Shown here: piece after piece, positions 12,596 to 27,624 of the stretch | How the letters are laid out: each line of letters starts with the position of its first letter | Position numbering within the stretch: position 1 is the stretch's first letter | Origin: Neocallimastix sp. 'constans' | Lineage: Eukaryota | Assembly: GCA_050613775.1 (NCBI GenBank) | Contig: JBODTK010000016.1 | Coordinates: forward strand, 434,001 to 498,000 | Direction: 5' to 3' | Length of the DNA stretch: 64,000 bases | Program-made: the position numbers and the translations under genes | The notes under the pieces: generated by a model | Told to the model about the DNA's origin: nothing | Seen by the model: the letters and a program-made list of their open reading frames with translations, nothing else | The model's database searches: none

Positions 12596-13028
12596 TCAAT
12601 GTAATCCGATTTTAAAGCTTAAGGATATTAAATTTAAATTAATAAATGTATAATAATAAAATATCATTAGTATATTTTTGAATTTTAATTAATTAACAAA
12701 ATAAATAAAAATGAAAATGAAATAAAAATAAAACAATCTTAAGAATTGTTATTTCATACTTTTATTTATAATTATAATTATTGTTATTTAATATTGTTAT
12801 TTAATATTGTTATGTCGAAAACATTTAAATGTCCATCTCTTAAATAAAATTCATTAATATTTAATTTTAAATTTCTTCAATTTTAATAAAAATTTGAAGA
12901 TTTTTAATATTATTCTTAAAATCGTGTTAAGTCGTTTTTTATAATAATATTATTAATTTTATAATTGATTTGAATACTGATTAATATTAGGTAAATAAAT
13001 TTTTTTATTTTTTTTTTTTTTTACAAAA

Positions 13029-13066
<38 letters not shown>

Positions 13067-14884
13067 CATAGAATATAGATAAAAAAAGTAATTTTCTTTG
13101 TATTATTATTTTATTATTATTTTTTTTTTTTTTTATTTTATTTTTATTTAAATTATTATAGATTTTTACCTTTATATATTATTAAAATTGATTATATGAT
13201 ATTACTGAAATTTTTATATAACATAATGAGATTTCCAATAAATAAATTTTTTAAACGATATTATATAAACATTATATTTATAATTGTTTAACTATTTATA
13301 TATATATTCAATTTGAATCTTTTTATTAATTTTTTATTTATTTTTATTTCTTCCTATTCAACTCTATTAAAATTTAGAAAAAAGAACAGTAAAAGTGGAT
13401 ATATTAAAAAGTTCTTTTTTTTTAAAAAAAATAAAAAAAAAAAGAAAAAAAAGAAAAAAATTAAAAAATTTAAAACAAAAAAATATAATAAACAAAATTT
13501 ATTTAAATTAAAAATATATTAGAATATATAGTAATATATGTATTATGTATGGAAATTCTTTATATTAAAATAAATCAATACAATATAAAGAAAAAAATAA
13601 TTAAAATAATAAAATTTTGATTTATATATAGTAAAAATAATTTATAATGATTAATATTTTCTATCATTCTTATTTTTCAATATTTTGTTATTAATAAAAA
13701 ATAATAATAATCAATAAATATAAAATAGTTAAAAAGAGAGCTGTATATAATTATGAATATATATATAAAGGTTTTAAACCTTTCTTTTGAAACATTTTTA
13801 TAATATTCCTATTAAAATGAAAATCATGTATTAAACATTAAGCAAACAATATAGTATAATATAATATTTAAATATAAAAACATTATTTAAAATATATATT
13901 ATATTATTTAAACATATATGTATTATTAGTATGTTATATTTTATATTTTATATTTTGTATTTTATATATATATATATATATTTTTTTTTGAAATCTTTTA
14001 TATTTATACTTTTTTTTTTACTTTATTTAGATATTTATATAATTTCAATTATAATAATAATTATTTTTTGTTCAGAAAATTATTAATTAGAATTTAACCC
14101 TTGACATTCTATGTATTATATATATTTATTTAACAAATAAAAATATATTATTTTATACTATTTATAATTTATTATATTTTATCTTTTGATTTAAATTTTT
14201 TTATGTATTATTAGTTATTATTTATAATATATTACATTATAGTTCATATATTCCCTTTTATTTAATTTTAAATTCATAAATTTTTAAAATTAATTATATA
14301 TACTTTTTTTTTTATAATTAACAACTTGACTTTTTTAAAAAAAAAAAAAAAAAAGAAGAAAATTTAATGAAATTTATTAGTATCATCTATCATTCAATGA
14401 GTCTAAGAATTATTAAAAATATATTTTAAATGTATTTTTATCAAATTAGAATATAACAATAGTGTAAAAAAAAAAAAAATTGACAAATTTCCTTAATAAC
14501 TATTCTTGTACAACAATAAATCATTTTTTTTAAAAAAAATGCGACAAATAGAATTAAAAAAATTAATGATGTATCAGAAAAGGAGATTAAATAAAATTTA
14601 TTTGTGACTTTTTTTTTTTTTTTTTTTTTTTTGAATAAATGATTATAATTAAAGATAAAGGCTTTTAAAAAATATTAATAATTTTTAAAATATATTTTAA
14701 TAATTTTAAATTGAATAACTCTATAATGTATAAAAGGTTTATCTTTCAACAAATAATAATAGAAACTATTCTTATTAATATTCAATATTCAAATATAATA
14801 AGTTTAATTAATTTACAGTTAAGTAATTGAAATTTGATATTATATTAATTCTAAGAAGTTATTCATTTTTTTAAGTAATATCTT

Positions 14885-15120
14885 TTTTTTTTTTTTAAAA
14901 AAAAAAATTATTCATAATAAGTAATAGCACCACTTTTTTTTTTAAAAAAAAAAATTATTCATAATAAGTAATAACACCACTTTTTTTTTTTTAAAAAAAA
15001 AAATTATTCATAATAAGTAATAACACCACTTTTTTTTTTTAAAAAAAAAAATATTCATAATAAGTAATAACACCACTTTTTTTTTTAAAAAAAATATATA
15101 TATACATAATAACACCACTT
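14885..15120. repeat. Minisatellite, ~48-bp unit TTCATAATAAGTAATAACACCAC-(T)n(A)n, four copies plus a partial
   Basis: Directly visible tandem units with variable T/A runs. Confidence 0.9.
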
Positions 15121-17961
15121 AAAAAAGTATATTTAACATTTTAAGTTATTAAATAAATTAACAAATAAATTTCATATATCAAACAGATATATTACATATA
15201 TTAAAATAACTATTTCTGAAGTTTTAATTTCTAGAACTTTTAAATAATTTTAATAATAACTTTTTTGAATTTTAATATATATTTTATAAAACTATAATAA
15301 AAAAAATAAATTAAAATTTGTGATCTGTTAATTTATTTTATGTTTCAAATTGTTTAATTAAATTTATGTAAATAAATATCATAAATCATAAATGTAATTA
15401 AATAATGTTTAAAGTTGATTCATTTAAATTTAAATATGCTACTTTAATATAATTTATTATAAAAATTTTTTAAACCTTTAAATTAAAATATATAAAAATA
15501 TATACATAATTTATATATTATCTATTATAAAATCATAAAACTTAAAAATAATACCAAATAAAAGGAAATAAAATAAAATAAATATTGAATATGAATATAA
15601 AGTACAGATTGAATAAAATAAAATAAAATAAAGAAAAATAGGATAAATTACATTAAAAATTTTATCTTTTTGTCTCTTTTTAATAACTATTTTTTATCTA
15701 TCATAAATTTGTTTATTATTCTTTATTATTTAATGGAATACTACTCTAAAGAATTTTTTATTATTTTTATTTAATTTTTTATTTTAAATAAAAATAATAA
15801 TACAAAATTAACCATTTAAATCATACAAAAAAAAAAAAAAAATTTTTTTTAAATAATTTCAATAATTTAGTGAGCATATTTTATAAAAATTTATCCATAC
15901 TTTATATTTTTGACTTTTAATTATATAAAAGAATACAAAGAGGATTAAAAATATTAAGAAAAATAATTAATTATATAATATGTAAGGAAAAAGACCAAAA
16001 CCCTAGAAATTTCATTTTAAATAAAAGAATTATAACAAAATGTAAAAATTTTTTCATTATAATATATATGTTTCATCATATTATTTTTCATTATTAATAA
16101 TTTAAATATTTAATAATTAATATATAAAGATTTAGAAATAATATTATATTATGATTATCCTATCAATATGAAATTTTAGAATAATATTTTAAATAATTTG
16201 TTTATTATTATTATTTACTTTAATACCATATCATTTTTTTTTTTTAAAAAAAAATTTAAATAATTCATATTTTATTGACTTTTTTAAATTATTTTTAAAT
16301 TATTTGTTTAATATATATTATTAATAATTAAAAAAATTTATAAAAAAATTTTAACATATATTAATATATCTTAATTATATTTTTAATAATAAATTGAAAA
16401 TGAATACTTTTTTATAGAAGTTAAAATAAATTTTAACTAAATCATACTTTATACATTATAGAATTATATAGAGGTTTTTTTTTATACTTACCGCTTTATC
16501 TCTATAATATTCATGTTTTTTCAAAGGATATTAATGTTTTAAATGAATATCTAATTGATCCAAAGGCAATTATATTTATTAAAAATATATATCTATTTTC
16601 AATATTATCATTAATGAAATGACAGAAAGTGCAAACATCAAATATAAAGCTCTCGCATACCAGAAATTTTCTTGCGTTCACATATAAGTATGGTTCTATA
16701 ATGATTAAGAAATAATTAAGAATTAAAGAATGAATTCTGAAATGAACTATTACCAACTTCTTAAATACAGATACATATAGAATTAAAAATTGAGTTAAAA
16801 TGAATAAGTTTCGTCATTTTTTTTCAGAGTTCCAACCATTAATATTCCAGATGATACAGAGATTACAATATTGAGCATTCGAGAAGGGACTGGCATAAAG
16901 ATGGCTATCAAATATAAAAAGAATGGGTTCAGAATGATTCTATTATAATTAATCTATATTTGTGAATCCTTGAGTTAATCATTCAATTTATTTTTTTAAG
17001 GAAAATATTTTATATTCATTAAAATAACTTTCAAATAATTCATTTTATTATTACAATTATTATGGTTAGACTATTAGAATGAAGTAGTTTTTTCATATCG
17101 ATATATTTATTTTATTACATGAATAATATCATTACTATTTGTTATTTCTTTTTACTTCAGAATTTCTACAATCTGCTTTCAGTCCAAGATTCAAGGTCAT
17201 AAATAAAAATTAAAATAAATTTGTTTTATGGTCAGAACTAAAGTACATAAGACCTCCATATTATGATGATATTCATAATAAATAATATAATGAAAAAAAA
17301 AAATTATAAAAAAAAACTATTTTATTACTTTGAATTAAATTGTATCTTGACCAATAAATGTTTATTAAAATTTTTTTTAATTAATTTAATTTTTAAAATT
17401 TACTAAAATTTATATTACACTTAAATAAAAGTAATAATTATGAATTTAATTTTTTTTCCTGTGTTTTCTATATTTTAAGTTTTTAGTTTTTTTTTTTTAT
17501 TTTTATTTTTTGTTACAAATATTTATATTTTATATATTATTTTTTTATCATTATAAATACATTATTTTATATAGTTCATATATATGTATTTTTTTTATTT
17601 TATCATATTTTTTTTAATTATATTTTTTATTATGAATCTCATCATGATCATAAATATATCATTGATTATCATGAATTTAATCAATAATTTATATCATGAT
17701 TTATATTATGACGATGTCCTGAATATCGTCATTGATAATCCCTTGAATCATATCCTGAACCATATAATTTTTATGATTTTTATAAAGTTAAATTCATATA
17801 AATATTGCGCTATAATAAATTATAAAAGTTGTAATATCAAATAATTTTTCAATTATTAAATATTAATATTTATTTATTAGGTCTATTTTATACATATATA
17901 TACTAATTTGTTTGTTTTATTTTTATAGAAATAATTTTTTATTTTTTTTCTAAATTCATTC

Positions 17962-18016
<55 letters not shown>

Positions 18017-18018
18017 AT

Positions 18019-18062
<44 letters not shown>

Positions 18063-18144
18063 ATTCATTATTATTATTATTATTATTATTATAATTCATT
18101 ATTATTATTATTATTATTATTCATTATTATTATAGACAGTATAA

Positions 18145-18630
18145 CTAGGTCTTAATAGTTGTGGTAGTTGGATCAACAAATGTAGTTGGTTCACTGGGTG
18201 TTGAAAACATATATAAGACATCATAGGTCATTTTCAAATCCCCAAGAACCCGTTTCATGAGTGTATGCAATATCAATATTTTCCAAAGAACAGTATGGAT
18301 AACCAGTTTTAGAATAACAATCAGAAGTAGGTTGATCGGTAAATATGAGTATATCCATAGTAGTGGTAGATTTAGGTATGATTTTGGGCTCAAGTTTAAG
18401 CTTTAGATTCTTTTCAACCACTTCATTAATAGAATCTACCCATTTTTGGTTCCATCTTTCATTGTACCATTCAGAGTATTCACTCTTGCTTGTTTGGAAA
18501 TTCAAAGTATTACCACCTAAACGGCGATCAACATTGTTCTTAATGCAAAAATACTTGTTGTCGATTATATTTATTTAGTATACAATCAAACTTAGAAAAT
18601 TCACTATTGTCGTCCTCCTTAAAAAATCTG
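18145..18630 (-). pseudogene. Remnant of a dockerin-bearing secreted enzyme gene
   Basis: Frame reads IDNKYFCIKNNVDRRLGGNTLNFQ..WNQKWVDSINEVV, a linker, then a degenerate dockerin DCYSKTGYPYCSLENIDIAYTHETGSWGFENDL*CLI. The conserved Trp of EN..WC is TGA (18221-18223), CC has become YC, there is an upstream in-frame stop and a frameshifted Thr-rich tail. Confidence 0.7.
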
Positions 18631-19050
18631 ATGAATGAAATGTATATATATATATATATAAATTTTAATAGAAAATAATCAATATTTAATTATATTATTA
18701 AATAATAATTTTATTTTAATAATTATAATAGTTGTTTTATAATAATTAAAACAGATTAAAAAAAATTGTTAATATGAATAAACGTTCGTTTAAAGCTAAT
18801 GAAAATGAAACAGAAAAAATATTTGCCGATCTTCAATATTTTATTTCATTACATCAAAATTATTATGATATTTTTTACTCCAATAGCGATAATAATAAAA
18901 TGGATAAACCAAGATCAATTTATATATTACATGCTCTTATTTAAATTCTTACGTTTGTTAAATAGAAATAGTAATTTTTAAGATTATATTATATGAATTT
19001 AAAAATTTATATATTAATATGGTTTTTATATATTTTAATATTGATTATCT

Positions 19051-19095
<45 letters not shown>

Positions 19096-19689
19096 ATTTA
19101 AAGGAAATATTATTGGAAAAATAAAAATGGACATCGACACTAGGGTGTAATTAATGCAATTAATGATACGATAACTCCAGTATAATAAGAAAATATATAA
19201 TTACATCGTTTTTATTTAGGTATATATGAATTATTAATAGAAATATTTATTATATGAATATTGTTACTTACTATTTTTTTTTTCTAACCTTATTATGATT
19301 ATTCCTATCATATTTTATCAGAGTAAAAATATTTAAATAATGAAAATAATGAAATATTTATATATAAAGCAATTAAGATCCATAAATATAATATAAATAA
19401 ATAATTCCTATATTAATTACAAGTTTTTTTTTTAAAACTTTAAGGTACACTGAACAAGCTGATATTTCCAGATCAAGATCAGATTTCTATCATAGAAGAC
19501 GTTAAATTAATATTTTAATGACAGAATATTTTAATTACCTCAGAATACATAATAAACTGAATTAAAATGTAATTAATGTATCTATTTATTAATATTTAAG
19601 TAATACCATCATTTCTTATTTCTTTCTTTCTTTTTTTTTTTTTTTTCTTTTTTTTTTTTTATTTTGATATTTCTTAACAAAATTAGATA

Positions 19690-20190
19690 TAGAATTATAT
19701 GTATTCAAAATAACATTTTCTCTAGTTTACATGATCATGCCAATTTCTTTAGTTAAATAAACATCTCCCAAAAGGAAATTAATGATATAATATATCATGT
19801 TCTTTACACTAAATATAAGAGAAAGACAGTTTAAAGTGTTATTAATTTTATTCAAAAATTTTGTAATTCCATGAGATCATATACCTTCATTATAGCTTAA
19901 ATCTATTTATCTAAAAATTTTAAATCATATAATATCAATTTTAATTTTAAAAATATTTTGTCATAAAGGATTATTTTTTATAGTTTACCGATTATACTAA
20001 TTTCTTTAGTTTAATAACCCAAAAGAGAATATAAAAATCTGATGTATCATGTTCTTTACACCAAATATGATTGATAGACACAAGAAAGTGTTATTAATTT
20101 TAAACTTGTTCATAAATTATATAATTTCATTCATGATAACTTAAATTATTTTTCATTAAAATAAATAGTTTTTCTAGAAATTTTAAATCA
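19690..20190 (-). pseudogene. Possible decayed leucine-rich-repeat gene fragment (two ~250-bp diverged direct repeats)
   Basis: TATCATGTTCTTTACAC...AAAGTGTTATTAATTTTA recurs at about 19793 and 20045. Minus-strand pieces DLKIFR*IDLSYNE, DLKFLEKL..NLSYHE and KINNTLNCLSL resemble LRR motifs but are broken by stops. Confidence 0.35.
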
Positions 20191-21047
20191 ATTAATTTAT
20201 ATAAATTTTTTCAAAAAAAAAAAAAAATAATAATAATAATAATAATAAAATAAAATGAAACTTTTTTAGTACTAAACTAATTTAATTAATTAATTAATTA
20301 TTTATTTATTTATTAATTTTTTTTATTATTATTTTAATATATTCTGTATAAATACATTATAATATTTAAAAATATTATCTATAAATAAATATATTAATAT
20401 ATAATAGAATAATAATAATAAAAAAAAAATAGTATGTTTATTTTTATTTTTTGGTTTGTTTTATCTGTTTTTTTAGTAATAAAATAATTTCCAAAACTTC
20501 TTTAATTTTTTTTATTTTTTATTTATTATTATTAATTTTTTTTTTTAATTTAATTATTAATTATAATTATTAATTAAATACTATTAATTAATTTTATTTT
20601 CTAATAATTAATAATAGATATAAATATAATTTATACTTTTACAAAACAACATATTTATTTGTAAAAATGATAATTTTATACTTTTGTCACAAATGTAAAG
20701 TTTAAATATATATAAGTTTAAAGTTTACAAAAATAAAAAAAAAAAAAATATAATAAAATATATAAAAAATTAATATATAAATAAATTTTTTAATTAATAT
20801 TTACAATTTAATTAAATAATTAAAAAATTATTTTATTTTATTTTATAAAAATATATCTTTAAAAAAATTATAATAAAATATTAAATGTAAAATTTCTTTT
20901 GAGAAAAATAAATTGATATAAACTATTTAATAATATTCATTTATATTTATTGAAATTAAAAATTTATAAACCACTTTATTCTTGTTATGTTTAAATAAAA
21001 ATAAAATATATTCATAAATAATATTAAACTAATATAATATATCAAAA

Positions 21048-23993
21048 ATGAACCCACAATCAAATAATATTTGTAATTATTATGAAAATGTATCAGACAA
21101 TGAAAATAAAAGTAAATTTCGTTAATTATATATAATTATAATTATAATTATTATTATTATTATTATTATTATTGTTATTATTATTATTATTATTATTATA
21201 ATTTTTGACTTTTAATAATGAATTTATATGTAAACGTTTTTTCTATAACAATAATTAAATATTAATTATACCTATTTTATATATTATTAAAATAAATATA
21301 AATATCTAAAATATAAAGATTGTAATCAACTAAAAAATAATCAAGCACCTCCAGATTATTATTCATTCCCAACATTTGCTAATTCAACAAATAATTTAAA
21401 TATAGGATATGTTAATGATTCAAATATTACTAATTCTATAAATCAAAGTACCAGTAACCTTGATTCTTATTATAATTCCTCTGTAGTTAATCATATCAAC
21501 GCATTTATGTCTCGAAGCTCTTCTCAAAATAATAAAGAGGGACAAATAAATCAAAATGGTAATCAGTCATCATCTTCAGTAACTGTCTCACTTTCAAATA
21601 CGAAAAACCCTAAATCTATCAATAATTTCAATAATTATATTAATAATAAAGTATCTTCAATAAAAGAATTTACTAAAAAAAATATACTACAATTACAAAA
21701 TTGTATTAATCAATTACCACCCACTACTAATGAAAATATTCAAAATATCGATAATGATTGTGAATCATTATTACCTAAAGATAGAGGGATTAATTATAAT
21801 CGTAATAATAGTAATATTTCAGAAAACGAAGAAATAACAAATATTCAAATTATTCCAGCAACTAATTTATATTCAAAAAATAATCATACAACAACCTCTG
21901 TAATAAATAATGAGAATACAAATGAACATACCAATAATAATGTTACTATTAATACAGATAGTAATAACAATCATATTTTAAGAAAAAATTCAAATGAAGA
22001 ATCTTTTTCCGATTTTCAAAATACTATATTCAATTCTGATCAATATTCTCCAGAATATGATTTTCTTATTCAATTACTTTCAATTCCTAATGATAATTCG
22101 ATAATAAAACATGCCATTCAACATCGTATTTCATATCTTCAAGAATATATTGATGAAACAAGAAGATATACCCAATTATCTAGAAACTCAAAACTTAAGA
22201 AATCTATCATAATACAAGCTATAACATTTTTTATCATTATAATCATAATTTTTAAATCAACTTTTTTCTTTGACGAATATAATTTTGATCCAAATAATAA
22301 TGATAATAATAATAATGATAATAATGATAATAATAATGATTCATTATCGAAATGGGAAACTAATAATATATATAATGAAGAAAAAATTTATTTATTAAAA
22401 TTATTAGGAATTCTTTTATTATTTTATACTGGTATTTTATTTATTATTTAAAAATTAAATAAATAAAAATTTTATATATTTAGAAAATTAATATATATTT
22501 TTTTTTTATTTTTCTTTTTTTTTTTTTTTTATATTATCATTATTATCAATTTTGTTATATATTAAATAATATTATTTTAATAATTAATAATAGAACTTAT
22601 TTTTGTTCAAAATTCTTTACTTTCAGTTCATAGTATTGCTATAGGAAATATTGATATCATATTTGGAAATCATGATAATAGTAGAATCTTTAATGAACAA
22701 ATAAATAATTATGAACGAAATAGTGGAAATGGAACGATAAAATCACCTTTAATATCATCATCACATAATAAGCAAACCTATGGTAGTATAGATAACTGTA
22801 ATGAAGAATATGTGTATAATGATAAAAATAATATTTTATATTCTGCATCAATAATGAATAAGATGCAAATAAATGCTGATGATAAAAATTATTTAACACA
22901 GGAAAAGGCATTCTATTCAAGAAATAATATTAATGGTGATAAATTAAATTTGTCTCCTAATTCGAATGAAGAAAATAACAGTTCAAACTATATTGATATA
23001 TCAAATAATAATAACAATAATAAAATAATAAATAACAATATTAAAACAAATGAAATAAATAATTTCTCATCTTATAAATATGATATTAATAAAGCCAACA
23101 TTAATATCTTAAATCATACACAAAATTCATTACATAATGATATAATATATAATAAAAATAGGAAAAATATCATTAATAATGATAATAAGTATAGGGGAGA
23201 TAGAATTGAACACTTATCTAACATTCCAAATTATAGAAATCATGATCGTATACATAATAATGGAAGCGAAAGTCATCATTATTATATCATTCATAATCAA
23301 GATACAAATAATCAAGAAATATATTATAATCAAATCAATGAAGTTGAAACCAATACTCATTCATTCAATGTATTCTTTAGAACAATTACAAATAACTGTT
23401 ATAATCTATACATAAAATTCTGTAATATTCCATCTGTTAATAGATTTATCAAAAATAAAGATAATTATTATGATGAAATTAAGAAAACACTTTACTTAGC
23501 TACTTGTCAAGGATTTATATGGGGAATTGTATTTTCTTTTATAGGTTACTTTTACTCGAATTGTCAAATTGGTTATTCTCTTTTAACATTTTTTAGGTAT
23601 TTTTTTTTTTTAAATAAGAATTTTTGTAATTAATATTAATTATTAAATGATATAATTATGTTTAGTAAAAAAAAAACGTTAATGTTAACTATTAACAATA
23701 AATTATCATTGTTAACATTAAGATCTTTTATTAAATATAAAATAAAAATTATTAATAGTGATAATATTTAATAAAATAATAATTATATATATATATATAT
23801 TTTATTTATATTAATATAATTATTTAGTTTCTTTATATCTTCGATCTTTATGTCATTAATATCTTCAATTAATCCTGTTATAGCAAAAATTACTCATTTA
23901 AGCGACCCAATTTTTGTTGTAGGACCATTCGAAATATTCATTCAAATATCATTATCAATATTAACTTTTAAGATTGGAATGCATTTAATATAA
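21048..23993 (+). CDS. Membrane protein with a degenerate MgtE/SLC41-like TM domain and long Asn-rich regions; 4 exons
   Basis: Phase-consistent exons 21048-21111, 21319-22431, 22594-23596, 23828-23993. TM segments QNSLLSVHSIAIGNI, EIKKTLYLATCQGFIWGIVFSFIGYF and SDPIFVVGPFEIFIQIS resemble MgtE motifs (Q.st..vr.lalG; dPa..sGP..t...D). Confidence 0.65.
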
Positions 23994-24849
23994 AAATAAT
24001 AATATTATAATATTATTATTTTAAACTTTAACAAATTAATAATTACTAAAAGTATTATAAACAATATAAAACTATTTATGTTTATATTCATAAAAAAATA
24101 AAATTTATAATTAATACATTAATTAAATGCATATAAATATGTATTATAAAAATAAAATAAATCACAAATAAATAAAATAAATAGAGCAATATTAAAATAA
24201 AATATTTTTTATGTAATTATATATATATATATACAAAATATTATTTAAAACTTTAAAAAATATATTTAAATTTTATATTTTATAAAAATGATATTATATA
24301 ATATTTATTATTTTTTTTTTTATATATATTCCAAATAATTATTATAACAAAAAATAATTTTATTAATAGTTAATAATATTACATATATATATACATTTTT
24401 TTTTTTTTTATATTTTTTTTAATTTTTTTTTATTATATATTTTTTTTTTTAAATATAATATATTTTCTTCATATATTATATTTTAAAATTTAATTTTAAT
24501 TATATAAATATATAATATATAATATTAAATTATATACATTTTTTATTTAGAATAATAATACAGTAAAAATTACAGTAAATAAATTACATTATATATATAT
24601 TATTACTTTCATATTATAACATATTTTTTTTATAAAATTGTTTGCTATTCTTTAAGATATTATCAGCATAATTATAAATAAATATTTCCTTCTCATTTAT
24701 TTTTATAAATTATGTACTATAATTTATGAAAAGGAATTCAGTAATATTACTTCTTATATATTATAACAAATATAATATTAATATAATATAATAGAGTTTG
24801 AATTTAAAAATTTATATTTATAATATCATATTAATTTTTATTCTTTCAC

Positions 24850-25317
24850 TTAATATTTAAAGCATTGTAATTTTTGAACATTATGAAGTGCACGAACCGC
24901 TAAATCATTATCACTATTTTCAATTAAACGAAGTACTGATGGATATAAATCAACACATAATTCTTCAAAGTTCATTTGACATTTATAGGATTCAATTTCT
25001 TCCTTATTACAGGTAAATGTATTTTGATTATTTCTACTAGTACGTGGATTATCACGAAGAACTTCATTTAATTCGTGCTCTTTATTTTTAGCTTCTTCCT
25101 CCTTCATTTCATTCATAACTATATCAAGATTTTTTCTTGGATCTTTAATTGGTGATCTTATTTCTGGACTTTTTTTATCCATCTCTAAATTGTCTTGACG
25201 GGTATTCTTTTCCATTTTAAAGGTCATATTTTTAGCAGCTATTCTTGTTGAAACACGAGTTGGAGTCTTTGATATCTTGTGAATTGTTGCCTTAGTCTTA
25301 GCATGTGTAGTCTTCAT
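24850..25317 (-). CDS. Hypothetical 155-aa protein with basic N-terminus
   Basis: Uninterrupted ATG-TAA ORF with coding-like GC content in very AT-rich surroundings; no motif recognised. Confidence 0.65.
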   Translation of the reverse strand: MKTTHAKTKATIHKISKTPTRVSTRIAAKNMTFKMEKNTRQDNLEMDKKSPEIRSPIKDPRKNLDIVMNEMKEEEAKNKEHELNEVLRDNPRTSRNNQNTFTCNKEEIESYKCQMNFEELCVDLYPSVLRLIENSDNDLAVRALHNVQKLQCFKY

Positions 25318-25481
25318 CTTTATATTTTAAGATATAATAAAAAATAAATTTATTTGCTTTATATAATTATAATTTTTTTTTTTTTGAATTTATTTAAATA
25401 GTATTCAATGATTTAAGTTGTTTTTTCTATTAAATATTATTTGAATAATCAGATTTTTAGATTTTTGAAAAACCTTTATGA

Positions 25482-25514
<33 letters not shown>

Positions 25515-27255
25515 TTAGAAATGAAAAAAAAATAAATAAGGAAAAAATTATTCTTTTATAATAATATAATTGAATCTTTTTTTATATAAAAATTGATTTA
25601 ATTATTATCTAATTACTAAATTAATTTATTTTCTAATATGCTTTTATATTAAATAATATATTTATATTATTAATTCCTTTAATTCTCATTAGTATATCTA
25701 TAAGCAATAAAACTTTAACTTCATGGTTACTATAATTATTAATCATATGAATTAAATAAGTTTTTTTTTTTTTTTTTTTTTTTTTCACTTTTTCTTTTTT
25801 CATTTTTTTTTTATCATATTTTATTTTTAAATAATCAATCTAATTTAATCCATAATAATAATATATTATTTAATTTTATTATTTCTATTTTTTATTTTAT
25901 ATTTTTATATTTTTTATTAAAACAAATATATAATTAGCTTTCTAAAACTTTAAAATTATTAGCATATTATATGACTATTAAATAATTAATATTAAAATTG
26001 CATAAAACTTTAAAATTAATTTTTTAAAAATAAAATTATTATAATTAATATTGCTATTTTAAGTTTAATAACAATTTATCCTCTATAAGCATGGAATTTT
26101 AAATTTAATTTTTAATTTTATAATTAAATATTTATAATTATTATTATTTTAAATATATATTATTCTTACTTTATATATGATTTCTTTTTTAAAATTTTAT
26201 ATAGATTTTTTCTTTCAAAGGATTATGATATTATTATATAAGTTTATGATAATTTTTAAGAAATATTAAAACATTAAAACCAATAATTGAAATATATTAT
26301 TATATTATTATTTGTTAAAAATATTCAAAATTACTAAATAATTAATAAAATTTATATGGAAAAAAAAAAAATGAAAATTCAACTCTTTTTATATTTGCAA
26401 CATATTATAATCTTATACTATATGTATATTATTAAAATTTATTTTATAAGGCAATTGTATAAATTTAACAAAAGTATTAATATTAAAATGTTAATAGAAA
26501 AAAAGTTTGGCGTTTTTATTAATACTCATTATTGATAAAATCATTAAAATAGATCATGCTTTTTTTTTAATATATAATTTTTTATTCCAAACTTTAATTT
26601 TACTTTCAATAAAAATATTTCTTTATTATTATTTTAATTTTCATCTTAATATATTATTTTAAAATTAATAAAATTTTTTTTAAACTTTTCATAACATTCT
26701 AGAAAAATTCTAATTTTAAAAATTTAAAAAAAAAAATTATATTTATTATCAAATTTAATAGTTAAAAAACTATTTGACCATTTTAAATTAAATTAAAATT
26801 TATATATCACATTACATTTGAAATATATTTATTTATTATCTATTTTAATTAAAATATTTAAATTATTTTTTTTTTTTTTTTTTAATTTTTATTATTAAAA
26901 TATAATTTTAACAAAATTTATATCTTATAAGTATTATAAAAATGTTTAATTTTATTATTAAAATTTTATAATAATTTAATAATTTTAATTAAAATAAATA
27001 AAAAAAAATAATTACACTTATTCTTATTTTCTGTTAGTATTAATTAAATAAGTCATAAATTATTAAAATTTTATTAATAATAATTAAAAAATAAGTGGAT
27101 ATGCATCCACATAATAAAAAAAAAAAATAAGGAATAATTATAATAACCAAAATTATTATATAATATATATCAATTAAATAAATGATATGACAAACCCTTA
27201 ATATTATAACTAAATTTTGATGTTTATTTTATGATTGGTTTTCATTTATAAATAA

Positions 27256-27300
<45 letters not shown>

Positions 27301-27624
27301 AGATTAGAATTATAATGAATAATAATTATAGGTTATATATTACATAAGTGTACTATCAAACTCCGTATACAATACTATTTTTATTATCATACGAACAAAT
27401 TATAAATAAAATAAAATAATTAGTGATCTAATTTTAAATTGATATTATTAACTTTATTTTTTATTAATTCGTAATTATTATTTATATTAAATATTATTTA
27501 ATTGCTGTAATAAAATATTGTACATTTTAAATATAATATATATACACCCCAATTATTCATGTTTATTATTATTAAATAACTTTGTTATTTTTTTATTAAG
27601 TAAAAAAATCTAATACATACATAT

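Noticed and set aside
16484..16492. ATACTTACC resembling the U1 snRNA 5' end
   Set aside because: No U1 stem-loops or Sm site follow; it is equally the reverse complement of a splice donor.
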